Assembly (NCBI RefSeq): GCF_014202825.1
Contig: NZ_JACHHP010000005.1
Location: 11,818 to 75,817 of the forward strand
DNA length: 64,000 bases
Direction: 5' to 3'
From: Chiayiivirga flava
GTDB lineage: Bacteria > Pseudomonadota > Gammaproteobacteria > Xanthomonadales > Xanthomonadaceae
Positions 62,345 through 64,000 of the stretch are shown piece after piece. Position 1 is the stretch's first letter, and every line of letters begins with the position of its first letter. The notes under the pieces are model-generated. The model was not told the origin of the DNA, made no database searches, and saw only the letters and a program-made list of their open reading frames with translations. The position numbers and the translations under genes are program-made.

Positions 62345-62626
62345 ATGAGCCAATCTGCCGCCACCTCCCGACTCGAAGCGCGCATCAGCCCCGACCTGCA
62401 CGCGCTGCTGAAGCGTGCCGCTGAACTTCAGGGACGCACGGTGACGGATTTCGTGGTGGCCTCGGTGCAGCGCGCTGCCCAGGATGCCATCGAAAATGCG
62501 CAACTGCTGCGCCTCTCTGCAGCCGATCAGGAACGCTTCGTCAGCGCGTTGCTTGCGCCGCCCGAACCTGCGCCTGCCCTGGAGCGCGCATTTGCCCGTC
62601 GCCGCACGCTGATCGCGGACGCCTGA
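62345..62626 (+). CDS. DUF1778 (TacA-like) ribbon-helix-helix antitoxin
   Basis: MSQSAATSRLEARISPDLHALLKRAAELQGRTVTDFVVASVQRAAQDAIE is a TacA-type antitoxin. An alternative ATG at 62309 overlaps the ETF-QO stop. The stop overlaps the GNAT start as ATGA. Confidence 0.75.
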   Translation: MSQSAATSRLEARISPDLHALLKRAAELQGRTVTDFVVASVQRAAQDAIENAQLLRLSAADQERFVSALLAPPEPAPALERAFARRRTLIADA

Positions 62627-63141
62627 TGCCGCCGCTGCGGATCGCGACGCTGGATGCGTCGCGCGACCGCGGCGGCTTCCGCTCCGGCAGCGACCCGCTT
62701 GATCGCTACCTGCGCGAACAGGCCGCGCAGGATGTGCGCCGACGCATCGCCGCCTGCCACGTGCTGCTCGACGGAGAGCGTATCGTCGGCTACTACACCC
62801 TCGGCGCGTCCAGCGTGCCGCTGCACGATTTGCCGCAAACTCTTGCGAAAAAACTGCCGCGTTATCCGCTGGTTCCTGCGGTGCGGCTCGGACGTCTGGC
62901 GATCGACCGGAGCTTGCGCGGCCAAGGCTACGGCAGCGCATTGCTGGCCGATGCACTGCAGCGCTCCGCCCGCGCCGACATCGCCGCATACGCGCTGCTG
63001 GTGGATGCGAAGGACGAGATCGCCGCAGCGTTTTATCGGCATCATGATTTCATCGCCCTCGTCGATGCGGCGAATACGTTGTTCCTGCCGCTGTCAGGCG
63101 TCGCCGCGCTCGTTGCCGCCGCGGGATTCGCGGATCGCTGA
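62626..63141 (+). CDS. GNAT-family acetyltransferase toxin (TacT-like)
   Basis: 171 aa. GNAT acetyl-CoA motif RLAIDRSLRGQGYGSALLADAL. The partner DUF1778 antitoxin is immediately upstream. Confidence 0.75.
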   Translation: MPPLRIATLDASRDRGGFRSGSDPLDRYLREQAAQDVRRRIAACHVLLDGERIVGYYTLGASSVPLHDLPQTLAKKLPRYPLVPAVRLGRLAIDRSLRGQGYGSALLADALQRSARADIAAYALLVDAKDEIAAAFYRHHDFIALVDAANTLFLPLSGVAALVAAAGFADR

Positions 63142-64000
63142 GGTCTCCGGGCAAAGGCAAGTCCTTCGAAGCGAAGCGATCGCACGCCTGCTTCATCGAG
63201 CTCGAAGCGCAGCACGCTGCCGCTGTTGGGCACCAGTTCCACGCGCATGGTGTCCTTGTCGTCGAACGGCAGGGCCGTGGCCGACAGGCGTCCCCAGCGC
63301 ACGTGCGGATGGCCGCTCGCATCGAGCGTGATATCGACATCGCCCAGCAAGGCATGCGTGTAGGTGCCGGCGTACGCATCGGCCGCCCGCGAAAGATTCC
63401 AGGTGCGGCCGTGCAGCGTTTCCTGCTGCCGTGCGACGGCCGCGTCGAGGCCACGTGCCTTTTCGATCAGTGCATCGAAGCGCGCCGCGACGCGCCTGTC
63501 GGTGTCCGCGTCGCGCAGCATCACGCCGTAAGCGTAGTCGGCGATCAGGCTGGTCAAACGCGCGGCGAGGAAATCCTCGTTGTTGAGCACCACGAGCGCC
63601 ACGTTCGATTCGGGAATGAACGACAGGTGTGCGTGGAAGCCGGCGAATCCGCCGAAGTGGTGCAGCATGCGTTTTCCCTTGTACTCGCCGATATACCAGC
63701 CCCAGGCGTAGCCGCTGCGTTCGAAATCCTCGAAGGCGACGCCGTCGGTGATCGTCTGCTGCGCGTGCGATCGCGCGATCACCGGTGCCGGCAGTGCGCT
63801 GCGCCCGGACGAATCCGGCATCTGTGCGAGCAGGAACCGGGCAAGATCGGGCGCCGATGCCACGAGGCCGCCGGCCGCGTGCATGGTCCGGTCGGATTTT
63901 TCGAGGTACAGCGGCATGTTGCGGTCGGTGCTCATGACCGAATACGGCCGCGCGATGGACCAGCCGTCGGCACGCGCCTTGTCGATGAACGCGGTGGTCC
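63042..64000 (-). CDS. Serine hydrolase / beta-lactamase-family protein, C-terminal part (N-terminus beyond window)
   Basis: HHFGGFAGFHAHLSFIPESNVALVVLNNEDF and YAWGWYIGEYKGKRMLHHFGG resemble the C-terminal half of class-C beta-lactamase-like hydrolases. No SxxK motif in the window, so the gene continues past 64000. Its 3' end overlaps the GNAT gene by about 100 bp in convergent orientation. Confidence 0.55.
   Translation of the reverse strand, partial: TTAFIDKARADGWSIARPYSVMSTDRNMPLYLEKSDRTMHAAGGLVASAPDLARFLLAQMPDSSGRSALPAPVIARSHAQQTITDGVAFEDFERSGYAWGWYIGEYKGKRMLHHFGGFAGFHAHLSFIPESNVALVVLNNEDFLAARLTSLIADYAYGVMLRDADTDRRVAARFDALIEKARGLDAAVARQQETLHGRTWNLSRAADAYAGTYTHALLGDVDITLDASGHPHVRWGRLSATALPFDDKDTMRVELVPNSGSVLRFELDEAGVRSLRFEGLAFARRPQRSANPAAATSAATPDSGRNNVFAASTRAMKS

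Overview
This is a high-GC (about 68-70%) chromosomal segment with Xanthomonadales-like gammaproteobacterial synteny. It is mostly core genome. It includes ychF-pth-rplY-prs-tRNA(Gln)-ispE-lolB-TPR on the minus strand and hemA-prfA-moaB-dnaG on the plus strand. It also carries a complete aa3-type cytochrome c oxidase and assembly cluster (ctaC-ctaD-small ORF-ctaG-ctaE, DUF2909, SURF1, a CxxxC thioredoxin-fold protein, ctaA, ctaB), tamA-tamB, a TonB-dependent iron uptake cluster (receptor, PKHD hydroxylase, PepSY, DUF2271, DUF4198, ApbE, flavoprotein reductase), glyQ-glyS, and rsmI / lpoA-yraN-dolP. Accessory content sits between these blocks. At the 5' edge an RHH antitoxin and ParE toxin pair overlaps an orphan type-IB-like hsdR. 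A Fic protein is flanked by an unusually AT-rich island. A TacA/TacT-like (DUF1778/GNAT) toxin-antitoxin module lies at the 3' edge. The most striking feature is a pair of abutting tRNA-like elements with shortened anticodon arms, placed upstream of an SPFH (band 7)-rtcB RNA ligase gene pair. Intergenic space holds at least four families of palindromic repeats (REP, BIME, MITE-like). Many long ORFs in the supplied track are antisense or extension artefacts of the GC-rich sequence and are not called. No CRISPR array, integrase or transposase was seen.
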